A stretch of 64,000 nt of DNA from Spirochaetota bacterium (GCA_963663865.1 OY760686.1:1504001-1568000); one strand, 5' to 3'; shown: positions 51,084-61,775, numbered from the stretch's first letter. Numbers and translations are program-made. Notes: a model not told the origin generated them from the letters alone.

Positions 51084-52063
51084 TGACTGGCTCAAGCGTT
51101 TTGACTGATTATTTCCTTTCGCCCATTTCCGAAGAGATGAAAGCTGTTGATGCTTGCATCGATAGAAGACTTACAACAGGAAGCGATATCATTGATTCTG
51201 CCGCCGGGCATCTTTTTAAAAGTGGTGGGAAGAGAATAAGGGCAGCGCTTGTTCTCCTGTTTAGCAGAATCTGCGGGGCGGAACAGAGAGACAAAGCAGT
51301 AGAGATGGCTGCCTCAATGGAAATCGTTCACGCGGCAAGTCTTATACACGATGATATCATAGATTCGGCGTCCAGAAGAAGAGGTTTGCTATCCGTTCCA
51401 GCCATGTTCGGCCCAAAGGTTGCAGTCCTGACGGGCGACTATATGTTTATTAGTTCCGTACTTCACGGTGAAGATGGCGATATTTCGTATCTGCCGGTTA
51501 TGCTTAAAGGCGTTTCCGACATGGTGCAGGGCGAGCTGATGCAGCTTGAGGGGAGTGAAGACGGCAGCATCGAGGAAGAAGTCTATTTCAGAATTGTTGA
51601 GAAAAAAACGGCTTCTTTTATGTCTGTTTGCTCCGAGCTGGGGGCAATGGCAGCCGGCGGCAGCGAGGATGATATAAAATCTGCGGCTGCATATGGAAGA
51701 TCTCTGGGTATTGCGTATCAGATAATTGACGATGTTATTGATGTGGCAGGAAGCCCGGCACTTTCAGGTAAAAACAGCGGGAATGATTATTTTGAGAGAA
51801 AATATACTCTCCCGTTTATAAGGCTGATTCAGAAGACGGGTGGCGCCGGAAGCCCTTACATACGAGCTCTCAGGAAAAGGACAGTCAGAGGGTGGAAGAT
51901 TATTCAGCGGGCTATCGAAGAGCTTGATATTGTGAATGACTGCCGAAGCGAAGCCGAAGAGTATATAGGCCGGGCCAGAGGGGAGCTTCATAATTTCGAA
52001 GAGAGTGTTTTCAGGGATTCAGCTGACAAGCTTGCAGTGCATATATTAGATCGGAAGAATTAA
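51083..52063 (+). CDS. Long-chain polyprenyl diphosphate synthase (IspB/HepT-like)
   Basis: GGKRIR, HAASLIHDDIID..RRG, AVLTGD, KTA, YQIIDDVID. Confidence 0.9.
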   Translation: MTGSSVLTDYFLSPISEEMKAVDACIDRRLTTGSDIIDSAAGHLFKSGGKRIRAALVLLFSRICGAEQRDKAVEMAASMEIVHAASLIHDDIIDSASRRRGLLSVPAMFGPKVAVLTGDYMFISSVLHGEDGDISYLPVMLKGVSDMVQGELMQLEGSEDGSIEEEVYFRIVEKKTASFMSVCSELGAMAAGGSEDDIKSAAAYGRSLGIAYQIIDDVIDVAGSPALSGKNSGNDYFERKYTLPFIRLIQKTGGAGSPYIRALRKRTVRGWKIIQRAIEELDIVNDCRSEAEEYIGRARGELHNFEESVFRDSADKLAVHILDRKN

Positions 52064-52128
52064 CAATAGGCCGCAAACTGAACTACGGTATGAACCGTGT
52101 TCTTGCTGCCAATACAGGAGGATGTTAT

Positions 52129-52347
52129 ATGACCGGAGAAAAGAAACTTCTGCTTGAGGCATATAACCAGGGACTTACAGCCTATAAACAGAAAAAATGG
52201 AAAGAGGCTGTTGTGAATTTTGAGAAAGCTCTTGAAATTGATCCCGATGACGGGCCCTCCAGGCTTTATTTGCAGCGTTCGACAGCCTATCTGGAGGTTT
52301 CGCCTCCAGATGATTGGGACGGTGTATTTGTAATGACCACAAAATAA
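52129..52347 (+). CDS. Small TPR protein resembling the C-terminal tail of class III nucleotide cyclases
   Basis: RBS GGAGG; GLTAYKQKKWKEA..FEKAL..DPDDGPSRLY..PPDDWDGVFVMTTK. Confidence 0.8.
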   Translation: MTGEKKLLLEAYNQGLTAYKQKKWKEAVVNFEKALEIDPDDGPSRLYLQRSTAYLEVSPPDDWDGVFVMTTK

Positions 52348-52393
52348 GTTTATATATAATGGAGTTTCGGCATATAAGCCTCAGGACAGGGAA

Positions 52394-52819
52394 ATGGCAA
52401 AAAAGATTATTCAGGTTAACAAAAATCCTATTTATGATATAGGAATGATATCAACGGTGTTTGCTGGAGATACTGATTTTTCGGGGGATCTTTCCTTTAA
52501 GAAATCGCTGCAGATAAACGGACGATTCGAAGGTGAAATCGCTTCAGGCGGCTACCTCGTTATTGGCGAGGGCGCGGAGGTGAAGGCTAATATCAAGGTA
52601 AAAACCCTGATTCTTATGGGTACTGTGCACGGTAATATCGAAGCCGAACAGAGGCTTGAAATACACGCGAGCGGTAGGCTTTATGGGAATATCAGGACGG
52701 CCCAGCTGAAAATAGCTGATGGCGTTGTATTTGACGGTAAATGCGAGATGATTAAGCCTGAAGAGAGAAAGAACAAAAAGGAACCACAGAAGGCTGAAGC
52801 GGTCCAAAAAGAGGAATAG
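52394..52819 (+). CDS. Bactofilin (polymer-forming cytoskeletal protein)
   Basis: FSGDL, LQINGRFEG, IGEGAEVKANI, GVVFDGKCEM. Confidence 0.92.
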   Translation: MAKKIIQVNKNPIYDIGMISTVFAGDTDFSGDLSFKKSLQINGRFEGEIASGGYLVIGEGAEVKANIKVKTLILMGTVHGNIEAEQRLEIHASGRLYGNIRTAQLKIADGVVFDGKCEMIKPEERKNKKEPQKAEAVQKEE

Positions 52820-52831
52820 CGCTTAAGGAAA

Positions 52832-53833
52832 ATGGAAGCTCGATTCTACACCGGGAAAGAGGGCGGAACTGTAAAGTGCGGTCTGTGTCCTCATGGATGT
52901 GTGATTCCGGCCGGAGAGTGTGGCTTTTGCTGTGTCCGCTTCAACAGAGGCGGGCGGCTTATGGCTGAGAGCTATGGGGCTGTTTCAGCCGCGGGTGTTG
53001 ATCCTGTTGAAAAGAAGCCTCTTTATCATTACTATCCTGGAAGACAGATATACTCTGTTGGCTCATTTGGGTGCAATCTCAGGTGCCCTTATTGTCAGAA
53101 TTGGCAGATATCACAGAGTTTTAAAGAAGATTCTTTACATTACTCACCGGAAAATGTCATCGCAAACGCCTTATCCACGGGTTCCTTCGGAATAGCATAC
53201 ACGTATTCAGAGCCTCTGGTATGGTATGAGTTTGTGGCTGATACAGCTTCATCCGCCGCTCAGCAGGGGCTTAAGAATGTTCTTGTAACTAACGGATTTA
53301 TTAACAGTGAACCGTTTGATGATATTCTCAATAATATACATGCTCTCAACATTGATCTTAAAACATTCAACAGCGCCACTTACAGTAAGATTCATAGAGG
53401 CAGTCTAAACGCCGTTAAATCAAGCATAAGAACCGCATACGAAAAGGGCTGCCATGTCGAGATTACGACACTTGTGGTTACCGGAATCAACGATAATCGC
53501 GGTGAGCTTATGGAAACAGCACGCTTTATATCGTCTCTGGACAGGTCGATCCCCTGGCATATCTCAAGGTATTACCCCGCCTTTAAGTATGATGCTCCGG
53601 CGACTGATGAATCATTCATTCTCAGCATTTGTGAAGAGGCTTCATCGGTTCTTGATTACGTTTATGCGGGAAATACTGCTTCACCGGGCCGTTTTTCGGA
53701 TACGTTTTGCCCCGCATGCGGTTCTGTTCTGATTAAAAGATCCGGTTACAGAACAGTTTTGAGTTCTCTTGATGCAAGATCATCCAGCTGTTTAAACTGC
53801 GGAATGATCTTGCAGTTTGAAGGACTATGCTGA
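52832..53833 (+). CDS. amrS: AmmeMemoRadiSam system radical SAM enzyme
   Basis: CGLCPHGC, DPVEKKPLYH, GCNLRCPYCQN, AYTYSEP, TFCPAC. Confidence 0.92.
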   Translation: MEARFYTGKEGGTVKCGLCPHGCVIPAGECGFCCVRFNRGGRLMAESYGAVSAAGVDPVEKKPLYHYYPGRQIYSVGSFGCNLRCPYCQNWQISQSFKEDSLHYSPENVIANALSTGSFGIAYTYSEPLVWYEFVADTASSAAQQGLKNVLVTNGFINSEPFDDILNNIHALNIDLKTFNSATYSKIHRGSLNAVKSSIRTAYEKGCHVEITTLVVTGINDNRGELMETARFISSLDRSIPWHISRYYPAFKYDAPATDESFILSICEEASSVLDYVYAGNTASPGRFSDTFCPACGSVLIKRSGYRTVLSSLDARSSSCLNCGMILQFEGLC

Positions 53834-53865
53834 AAAAAAAGCCCCACTTTGCAAGCAGGGCTTTT
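53833..53865. terminator. Bidirectional terminator between convergent amrS and glnA
   Basis: A-run, GCCC...GGGC stem, T-run. Confidence 0.7.
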
Positions 53866-53884
53866 GTATTACATGGCTGTTGGA

Positions 53885-56050
53885 TTAGCTGATAAAGAGC
53901 ATCTCCCAGTATTTAGGAAGCGGCCATTTCTCATCGTCGACCATGCCCTCAAGGGAATCAATTGAGCTTCTCACCGAGTTCATCGCAGGAAGGAGGTCTG
54001 TTGAGTAGAACTTTGCCTTCTTCGTCTCATCGTGAATGTCGGCGGCTGCCTTGAAAATTTCCGAGAGTTTATCAAGACCGCTTTTTACGGCAGATATCGT
54101 CTCAGACAGCTCTTTCAGCATTTCTTTCTGTGCTGCAGGCTCGCTTCCGAGAACTGATGTTACCCTTGCTATTGACTTAGCAAGACCGGACTGATACCCG
54201 ATGGCTGCCGGCAGAATCTGTGTCTGTGTCATGTTTAAGAGGCATTTAACCTCAATGTCGATATTTCTTATGTAACGCTCATTTCTGATATAAAATCTGG
54301 ATTTGAGCTCAACTCTGGAAAGAACCCCGTACTTCTCGAATACCGAAAGGGCCTTCTCTGAAATTAACGCTTCCAGAGCCTCAGGGGTTGTTCTCAGATT
54401 CGGTAGACCGCGTTTTTCTGCTTCAGTATGCCATGCCTCGGAGTACCCATCGCCGTTGAATATTACGGCTTTTATTTCCTTAAGCTCGCCTCTGATGACT
54501 TCTATTACGACCTTATTGATATCGCTTCCCTTGTTGGCTTCAATCTTGTCGGCAAGCTTGTCGATGGCATCTGCGACGATGGTGTTGAGTACTGTAGCTG
54601 GAAAAGCTATGGACTGTTCTGATCCTACCGCTCTGAATTCGAACTTGTTTCCGGTGAAGGCAAACGGTGATGTCCTGTTTCTGTCAGTGTTGTCCTTGCT
54701 TAGTATCGGAAGAGCAGAAAGGCCGAGGTCAATAATCTCCTTATCGGTGGCTTTAGAAATATTACCGGCTTCAATATCTTCAAGAATAGAGAGAAGCTGA
54801 CTTCCGAGGAATACTGATATTATCGCGGGAGGGGCCTCATTTGCTCCGAGCCTGTGATCGTTTCCTGAAGAAGCTACAGAGGCGCGAAGAAGGTCTGCGT
54901 TCTCGAAGACTGCTTTAATCGTAGCGGTCAGGAAGATCAGAAACTGTATATTGTCGTGGGGTGTTTTGCCTGGATTTAGCAGATTTATTCCGTCATCAGT
55001 TGAGATTGACCAGTTAAGGTGTTTCCCGGAACCATTTATGCCTGCAAAGGGCTTCTCGTGAAGCAGTAACGAAAGATTGTGCCGTTTGGCCACTGTTTTG
55101 AGAGTATCCATCAGGAGCTGATTGTGGTCGGCAGCCAGGTTTGCAGCTTCGTAAACAGGCGCTATTTCGAACTGGCTCGGAGCAACCTCGTTGTGCCTTG
55201 TTTTTGCGGGAATTCCGAGGCTGTAGAGAACCTGTTCAACGTCATGCATATAGGACTGAATTCTCTCTTTGATGCTTCCGAAATACTGGTCTTCAAGCTC
55301 CTGGCCTTTCGCGGGAGGAGCACCGATAACGGCGCGGCCTGCAAGGGTAAGGTCCTGTCTTTTGTAGTAGTAATCCTTATCAATGAGGAAGTATTCCTGC
55401 TCGGGTCCGCAGTTAGAATTGACCTTTTTGCTGGTATGGTTTCCGAGAAGCTTCAGCATTCTCAAGGAGCTCTTATTAACCGCCCTGTCTGATTTAAGAA
55501 GCGGCGTCTTCTTGTCCAATGCCTCGCCGGTGTACGAAATAAACGCTGATGGAATGCAGAGCGTTATTCCCAGGCCGTTACGTCTGATAAAAGCGGGGCT
55601 TGACATGTCCCAGGCAGTGTAACCCCTTGCTTCAAAAGTGGACCTGATTCCACCGCTCGGGAAACTCGAAGCATCAGGTTCACCCTGCACAAGCTGTTTC
55701 GCTGAGAAAAGCTCAATGACTCTGCCCGGCCCGTCGGGTTCGGCGAAGGCGTCATGTTTTTCTGCGGTTATTCCGGTCATTGGTTGGAACCAGTGTGCAT
55801 AGTGGGTGGCGCCCTTCTCAATGGCCCAATCCTTCATTGCGTTAGCTACCGCGTCAGCAGTATCCAGATCAAGAGGCAAATCCTCCTGAATAGCTGTCAG
55901 GGTTTTTTTGTAAACAGCCTTCGGGAGTCTTTCCTGCATTACTTTCAGACTGAAAGTATCTTCACCAAAGAATGTTGATATGGCCTTTCCGTTTGATTTG
56001 GAAACTTCATACCCGCGTTCATACGTTATTCCGATTTTGTTTCTTCTCAT
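53885..56050 (-). CDS. glnA: Glutamine synthetase type III
   Basis: 721 aa; HWFQPMTG, EPDASSFPSGG, HNEVAP, HEKPFAGINGSGKH, NRTSPFAFTGNKFEFR. Confidence 0.96.
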   Translation of the reverse strand: MRRNKIGITYERGYEVSKSNGKAISTFFGEDTFSLKVMQERLPKAVYKKTLTAIQEDLPLDLDTADAVANAMKDWAIEKGATHYAHWFQPMTGITAEKHDAFAEPDGPGRVIELFSAKQLVQGEPDASSFPSGGIRSTFEARGYTAWDMSSPAFIRRNGLGITLCIPSAFISYTGEALDKKTPLLKSDRAVNKSSLRMLKLLGNHTSKKVNSNCGPEQEYFLIDKDYYYKRQDLTLAGRAVIGAPPAKGQELEDQYFGSIKERIQSYMHDVEQVLYSLGIPAKTRHNEVAPSQFEIAPVYEAANLAADHNQLLMDTLKTVAKRHNLSLLLHEKPFAGINGSGKHLNWSISTDDGINLLNPGKTPHDNIQFLIFLTATIKAVFENADLLRASVASSGNDHRLGANEAPPAIISVFLGSQLLSILEDIEAGNISKATDKEIIDLGLSALPILSKDNTDRNRTSPFAFTGNKFEFRAVGSEQSIAFPATVLNTIVADAIDKLADKIEANKGSDINKVVIEVIRGELKEIKAVIFNGDGYSEAWHTEAEKRGLPNLRTTPEALEALISEKALSVFEKYGVLSRVELKSRFYIRNERYIRNIDIEVKCLLNMTQTQILPAAIGYQSGLAKSIARVTSVLGSEPAAQKEMLKELSETISAVKSGLDKLSEIFKAAADIHDETKKAKFYSTDLLPAMNSVRSSIDSLEGMVDDEKWPLPKYWEMLFIS

Positions 56051-56494
56051 GTTGCCCTCCAGTTAAGGTTTCGAGATATTGTTAAGCCGATCAGCCGTCC
56101 GGTCTCTGTTTCCTGATCCAATTTCTTATCTGCTGGAAACGGGCTCTCCGTCAAGATCAACTTGTCTTAATAATTAACTGATATTTTTTTTAACCAGAAA
56201 AGTCAATATCAGGTTTATAAATTGGGCCTTGCCGCAGCTATATTTAACATTGATGTAACAAATATGTGCCTATTTAGAAATAGATATCCTTTTAGGCAAT
56301 AACATTAATCGTATAGATCGCATAAATGATAGTATGAGAATTGACAAAAACAGGCCTTAAATCTATGCAGGGCCAGCAGCCTTTTATCGGCGAAAAAATA
56401 ATTTACAGCGGTATAGTCTCACCTGAGAGTGAACTAAAGTCGCCTGAATGTCATGAAATGCTGCTGGCCTCAATTCAAGAGCCTTTTAAGAGAT

Positions 56495-57370
56495 ATGATG
56501 GCGAAGAATGTGAAAATGAATATAAACAAATTACACGAAATAAGGAAGCTTTACGGGCTTTCAGCCAATAAAAAGCTGGGACAGAACTTTCTGATAGACG
56601 GCAACATAATCCGAAAGATAGTTGAGGCAGTCAATCCGGGGGAGAATGATATCGTACTTGAGATAGGCCCGGGACTTGGTTCAATTACAGGAGTGATCCT
56701 TGAGAGGTCAAAACATCTTACCGCTGTTGAGATCGACTCCGGAGCAGCCAGGTACCTCAAAGACAGTTACGGCGGCAATCCCTCATTCCGTCTTATCCAT
56801 TCGGATTTTTTCAAATATTTTCCGGACAGGGACTATACGGTTATCGTATCAAATCTTCCATATTACTGTGCTTCAGAAATACTTTTCAATATAGCATCCC
56901 GTTACAGAGAGTCGTCGCTTCATGTTATGGTTCAGAGGGAGATGGCCGCACGAATGATCTCGCGGCCCGGAACCGTGAGTTACGGCGCGATGACTGTTAC
57001 TCTCTCTTATTATTACAGAAGCTCCATTCTTTTTAACGTTCCTCCCGGCGCGTTTTATCCCGCACCTGATGTTACATCTTCTTTTATACGTCTTGAAAGA
57101 AGGGACGACAGGGATCTGACTGACAGAGAGGTTGAGATATTTCATCTTGTGGTTAAATCCGCCTTCTGGGGGCGCAGAAAAACGCTGTTAAAGGGTCTTA
57201 CGGCCTCTCCTCACCTTGGATATTCAAAAGAGATTATTTTAAAGGGACTCGCCGAGTCTGGTATTGACGGTAAAATGAGAGGAGAGGAATTGGACGTTGA
57301 AGAGTATATCAGACTGGCCCGAATACTCAATAAGCTTAACGGAGAACACAGTGCTGACGGTAATAAATGA
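56495..57370 (+). CDS. rsmA: 16S rRNA dimethyltransferase RsmA/KsgA (start 56495 or 56516)
   Basis: KKLGQNFL, LEIGPGLG, SNLPYY, MVQREMA, FYPAPDVTS. Confidence 0.96.
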   Translation: MMAKNVKMNINKLHEIRKLYGLSANKKLGQNFLIDGNIIRKIVEAVNPGENDIVLEIGPGLGSITGVILERSKHLTAVEIDSGAARYLKDSYGGNPSFRLIHSDFFKYFPDRDYTVIVSNLPYYCASEILFNIASRYRESSLHVMVQREMAARMISRPGTVSYGAMTVTLSYYYRSSILFNVPPGAFYPAPDVTSSFIRLERRDDRDLTDREVEIFHLVVKSAFWGRRKTLLKGLTASPHLGYSKEIILKGLAESGIDGKMRGEELDVEEYIRLARILNKLNGEHSADGNK

Positions 57371-57371
57371 G

Positions 57372-57911
57372 ATGAATGATGAAGCAGAGAAACCCGCGGG
57401 TGGGCTCTATAAAAGCCGGGGGCTTTCCGCTCAAAGCTTTGAGGTAAATGGACTCGAACTGAGATTTCGTCCTGTTAGCGGAGCAGAAATTGACGCGATA
57501 GCTGCGCTTGAAAATATAAGTTTTGAGCCCCACGTGGCTGAATCAAGAGATTATCTGTCTGACGAAATAGCTGCCGGCAATTACTGGGGTCTCTTTCTCA
57601 TGACAGGTGAAGTTGCCGCGTATATGGGCATTGAGGTTGAAGATGACTATCTGTATCTTTCGAATATCGCGGTAGCCCATAGCTATAGAGGCTCTGGACT
57701 GGGGGGGCTGCTTCTGGGACAGGCACTGCGATGTGCCTTCCAATTGAGACTTAGAGGGGTAAGGCTTCATGTATCGGAGAGGAACCTCAATGCGATCTCA
57801 TTCTACGAGAAGCATGCTTTTACCCGTTCAGATATTACCCGTTGTTTTTACGCTCCCGATGAGGATGCCGTTATCATGACACGCGACTTTTCTGTTAATA
57901 ATTGTATTTAG
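57372..57911 (+). CDS. GNAT acetyltransferase, RimI-like
   Basis: NIAVAHSYRGSGLG, LHVSERNLNAISFY, EDAVIM. Confidence 0.85.
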   Translation: MNDEAEKPAGGLYKSRGLSAQSFEVNGLELRFRPVSGAEIDAIAALENISFEPHVAESRDYLSDEIAAGNYWGLFLMTGEVAAYMGIEVEDDYLYLSNIAVAHSYRGSGLGGLLLGQALRCAFQLRLRGVRLHVSERNLNAISFYEKHAFTRSDITRCFYAPDEDAVIMTRDFSVNNCI

Positions 57912-57925
57912 TGGCAGGGTGTTTT

Positions 57926-58684
57926 ATGAATTTTGGAGCTGCAGTATTGTTGATGGCGCTTGCCGCTTCCGGCTCACCGGAAGTGCAGCAGGAGAAAACT
58001 GATCTATACGGCGATATCCCCCGTGAAAAGTATTTAACCGGCCGATTTGACCCGGCTGAGAGCGGACTTTTCACCGAGTTGGCCGTGTCTGGTATCGCCA
58101 CCGACGGCAGAAAGCAGTATCTCAGAAAGGAAGCGGCGGCAGCATTGAAGGCGATGTTCAAAGATTTCAGCAAGCAACATCCGGGTGTGAGGGTTTATGT
58201 GAGAAGCTCCACGCGTACATTCTGGCACCAGAAGGCTATATGGGAAAACAAGTGGTATGGCCGCACCCGCGTGGGCGGCAGGCGGCTTAATGTGGAGGTC
58301 CGAGACGAGCTGGAGCGTGCAAGGATAATTCTTCGGTACTCATCAATGCCGGGGACTTCCCGTCACCACTGGGGAACTGATTTCGATATTAACAGCCTTA
58401 ATAACTCGTGGTATGAAAAAGGCGTCGGTCGAGTAATTTACAGCTGGCTGAAAAAAAACGCGGAACGATACGGTTTTGTTCAGCCTTATACCGGGGGCCG
58501 AAGCGCCGGTTACGAGGAAGAGAAGTGGCACTGGTCATACCAACCGCTGGCACGCCGTCTGCTCAAGGACTGGAATGAGGCTTTCAAGAACGGAGAGATG
58601 CAGATTGACGGTTTTGCCGGCGCGGGAGCATCCGGAGGACTTGCCCCCGAGTATGTAAATGGGATAAATCCCGATTGCCGATGA
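57926..58684 (+). CDS. M15B (VanY-like) D,D-carboxypeptidase
   Basis: Signal peptide, SMPGTSRHHWGTDFD, EEKWHW. Confidence 0.9.
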   Translation: MNFGAAVLLMALAASGSPEVQQEKTDLYGDIPREKYLTGRFDPAESGLFTELAVSGIATDGRKQYLRKEAAAALKAMFKDFSKQHPGVRVYVRSSTRTFWHQKAIWENKWYGRTRVGGRRLNVEVRDELERARIILRYSSMPGTSRHHWGTDFDINSLNNSWYEKGVGRVIYSWLKKNAERYGFVQPYTGGRSAGYEEEKWHWSYQPLARRLLKDWNEAFKNGEMQIDGFAGAGASGGLAPEYVNGINPDCR

Positions 58685-60306
58685 AGGTCCTTCTTGCCTA
58701 TCTCTGTCAGCCTGATGACAGCAGCGATTACTTTATGTCTCTGCTGCCTTACGGTGTTGTGTCTATAGCGGCGTTTCTCGAAAAGGAAGGGGTGGATGTA
58801 GCTCTTGCCAATTACTCAGCCTCAGGGGTTCGTGGAGCGCTGGCTGAAATGCGAAAGCTGCGGCCTGACATACTCGGGCTGTCGCTGTTTTCGTTCAACA
58901 GGGCCGCTACGCTCGAGCTTGTCAAAAAAGCTTCTAAGGAATTTCCCGCCATGAAGATTGTTCTGGGCGGACCCCATGCTACCTTTATGGCTGAAGGAAT
59001 TCTACAAAGGTATCCGGAGGTTGACCTCATAATAAAGGGCGAGGGCGAGAACGCCATGCTTGCGGCTGTGAGGGATTATAAGGCAAAGCGAGATGTTCCC
59101 CGCATAGTAGAAGCTTCACGAATAACGGACATCTCGTCGCTCCCGCCGGCATCGTCATATGGAGGCCCTGTTTCGGGCGTAAACGCAATTGAACAGTTCA
59201 GGTACATTGTTACGAGCAGGGGCTGCCCCGGCTCGTGCACTTTCTGTTCTTCACCCTCGTTTTGGCAGAGAAAAACAGTGTTCCGTTCCGCGGATGATAT
59301 CTATAACGAATTCAGGGAGCTGTACGAGAAATACGGGATAATCTATTTTTCAGTCAGGGATGACAATTTCACCATGAGAAAACAGCGCGTTATGGATTTC
59401 TGCTCTCGAATTATTCAGAGCGGAATGAAGGTGATGTGGAATTGCCAGGCAAGGGTGGATTCGGTCGACTTTGAGATGCTGGCCGAAATGAAGAGTGCTG
59501 GTCTTGAACACATACAATATGGAGTTGAATCAGGATCCCCGGCGATACTGTCAGGGTATCACAAGAACATCAGCGTTGAAAAAATAGAGAAGGCTGCCGA
59601 GGCCACCAGAAGGGCCGGAATCTATCTGTCGATATACTTAATGAGCGGAATGGCGGGTGAGACCCGGGAGGATTGCAATCGCACTCTCGCGCTTATACGC
59701 AGAATAAGGCCTCATGACGGCATGGTATCCCCTGTCTCCCTTTATCCCGGAACCGCGATGTACGAGGAGTTCAAAGAGTCGGGGAGGGTGGATGACAGCG
59801 TATGGTTCGAGACGGACTCAAGCGGGGTATATCTGCGTGAAGACAGGGAAGCCGGCCGTATGTTTCAAAGCATACTGAATGAGCTGGAATTGACCGGCGA
59901 AGGCTCTGTATACCGCCCCGATGATTTTAAACGCCATCGTGAGGAATGCGGCGAGTCGTGGGTAACTGATGTCATGGAGGGCGATTTTCTCGCACAGTCA
60001 GGCGACCTTGAAGGAGCGCTTAATACTTACAGAAGGCTGGCCGGGTGTGGCAACATCTGGGGTTTTGAAAGGTCAGGTGGCCTGTTTTTGCAAAATGGGC
60101 GCTACGATGAGGCGGAAGAGGCGTACAGAGGGCTTCTCAATCTGGTTCCAAACTATTCCGGGGGGTTTGTAAGGCTTTCTGAGGTACTTTTCCTGAAAGG
60201 GGACATCGCTGGGGGTGAATGGGCTCTTGACAGGGCTGAAAGCCTCAACTGTCATGATTCGGAGATTAAACTGCTGCGGAGACGTTTTGGAAAACATAAG
60301 TCCTGA
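58681..60306 (+). CDS. B12-binding radical SAM protein with C-terminal TPRs
   Basis: VLGGPHAT, GEGE, SRGCPGSCTFC, DDNF, GVESGS; TPR-like tail. Confidence 0.9.
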   Translation: MKVLLAYLCQPDDSSDYFMSLLPYGVVSIAAFLEKEGVDVALANYSASGVRGALAEMRKLRPDILGLSLFSFNRAATLELVKKASKEFPAMKIVLGGPHATFMAEGILQRYPEVDLIIKGEGENAMLAAVRDYKAKRDVPRIVEASRITDISSLPPASSYGGPVSGVNAIEQFRYIVTSRGCPGSCTFCSSPSFWQRKTVFRSADDIYNEFRELYEKYGIIYFSVRDDNFTMRKQRVMDFCSRIIQSGMKVMWNCQARVDSVDFEMLAEMKSAGLEHIQYGVESGSPAILSGYHKNISVEKIEKAAEATRRAGIYLSIYLMSGMAGETREDCNRTLALIRRIRPHDGMVSPVSLYPGTAMYEEFKESGRVDDSVWFETDSSGVYLREDREAGRMFQSILNELELTGEGSVYRPDDFKRHREECGESWVTDVMEGDFLAQSGDLEGALNTYRRLAGCGNIWGFERSGGLFLQNGRYDEAEEAYRGLLNLVPNYSGGFVRLSEVLFLKGDIAGGEWALDRAESLNCHDSEIKLLRRRFGKHKS

Positions 60307-60494
60307 TTCCCTAAAATATTGGTCATCCGGTTTCAATGGAGTGAAATACTTGACAAATAATCAGCTGTTTGAAATCGTTTTCTATATATCCGCCTTGTCT
60401 GTCAAAAGCCTGAAAGCTTATGATCGTGACAGGAAATTATCCAGCGCGGGCAGCAGCGGGTGGAGAATTCAATTTAAAACATCAGGATGTTATA

Positions 60495-61247
60495 ATGAAA
60501 AGAAGAGAGATATTCGCGGGAAATTGGAAGATGTACAAGACTCATTCCGACGCTGTAGAGACCATAAAAAGCCTTATCGCAGGATTTACAGCCGGCTCTG
60601 AGAGAGAGCTTGTCATTTTCACTCCTGCGCCTTATGCAAGGGACTGCGCCGCGGCCAGCCAGGGAAGCAAGCTTGCGGTCGGAATGCAGAATATGTACTT
60701 TGAGGATGAGGGTGCTTTCACTGGAGAGGTCTCACCCCTGATGGTTAAGGATTGCGGATGCCGTTATGTGCTTATAGGCCACTCTGAACGGAGACATGTT
60801 TTCGGAGAGACAGATGCTGATACAAACATGAAAATGAAGGCCGCAATAAAGCACGGGATTGAACCGATGCTGTGTGTGGGCGAGCTTCTTGAGGAAAGAG
60901 AAAAAGGCGTGACCGCCGATGTAATACAGAGACAGGTTAAAGAGGCCTTTAAAGATGTTTCCAGAGAGGATGCCGCAAAGGCCGTGATAGCATATGAGCC
61001 TGTCTGGGCAATAGGTACTGGAAAGGTGGCGACACCGGAGATTGCCGAGGAAGTACACTCAAGCATAAGAAAGATGATTGAGAATATCTACGATGCTGAG
61101 CTTGCATCTGTTATGCCCATACTTTACGGTGGATCCGTCAAACCTGACAACATTGAGGGGCTTTTCGAAAAGGAGAATATTGACGGCGTACTTGTGGGCG
61201 GCGCAAGTCTTAAAGCTGATTCTTTTCTGAGCATAGTTAACATCTGA
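60495..61247 (+). CDS. tpiA: Triosephosphate isomerase
   Basis: AGNWKM, GHSERR, AYEPVWAIGTG, LYGGSV. Confidence 0.98.
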   Translation: MKRREIFAGNWKMYKTHSDAVETIKSLIAGFTAGSERELVIFTPAPYARDCAAASQGSKLAVGMQNMYFEDEGAFTGEVSPLMVKDCGCRYVLIGHSERRHVFGETDADTNMKMKAAIKHGIEPMLCVGELLEEREKGVTADVIQRQVKEAFKDVSREDAAKAVIAYEPVWAIGTGKVATPEIAEEVHSSIRKMIENIYDAELASVMPILYGGSVKPDNIEGLFEKENIDGVLVGGASLKADSFLSIVNI

Positions 61248-61385
61248 CACTCGAGTTATAAATTATAAGTATTGTTGTGAAGTTGGGTGTATGCGTTACA
61301 CTCGTGTCGAGGGAGCTGTTTTCCCCTTATGGCTGTAGCGCTGCCTGGAAAAGTAGTAAATAGATATCAAAAATGAGGAAATAAA

Positions 61386-61748
61386 ATGGGAATACTGGTG
61401 TCGGTAACAACAGTTATATTTGTTATCCTTTGCGTGCTTCTCGTGATACTGATTCTTCTTCAGTCTGACAAGAGTGCCGGTATGGGAATTCTGGGCGGGT
61501 CAAGTCAATCGGCTTTCGGTTCGTCAACTGCGGATGTAATCACAAAGATTACGGCAACAATGGTTGGAATATTCATGGTTGCTTCCCTGGGGCTGGCTAT
61601 AATGGAATCAGCCAAGTCAGATTCAATTAAGAAGCAGCTTCAGGACGCGAGTGCAGCGCCTGCCGCGAAGATCGAAAAGGCTGAGGATGGGGCTGCAGTA
61701 AAAACACCTGATGCAGGTGAAGGCACAGCCAGGCCGGGTGATAAATAA
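61386..61748 (+). CDS. secG: Preprotein translocase subunit SecG
   Basis: ILLQSDKSAGMG..GG, two TM segments, follows tpiA. Confidence 0.93.
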   Translation: MGILVSVTTVIFVILCVLLVILILLQSDKSAGMGILGGSSQSAFGSSTADVITKITATMVGIFMVASLGLAIMESAKSDSIKKQLQDASAAPAAKIEKAEDGAAVKTPDAGEGTARPGDK

Positions 61749-61775
61749 TCACATTTACGAGCTCTGTTGTTGATG

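Noticed and set aside
56253-56272. Sigma54 promoter for glnA (minus strand GGCAC...TTGT)
   Set aside because: Spacing is GG-N9-GT rather than GG-N10-GC.
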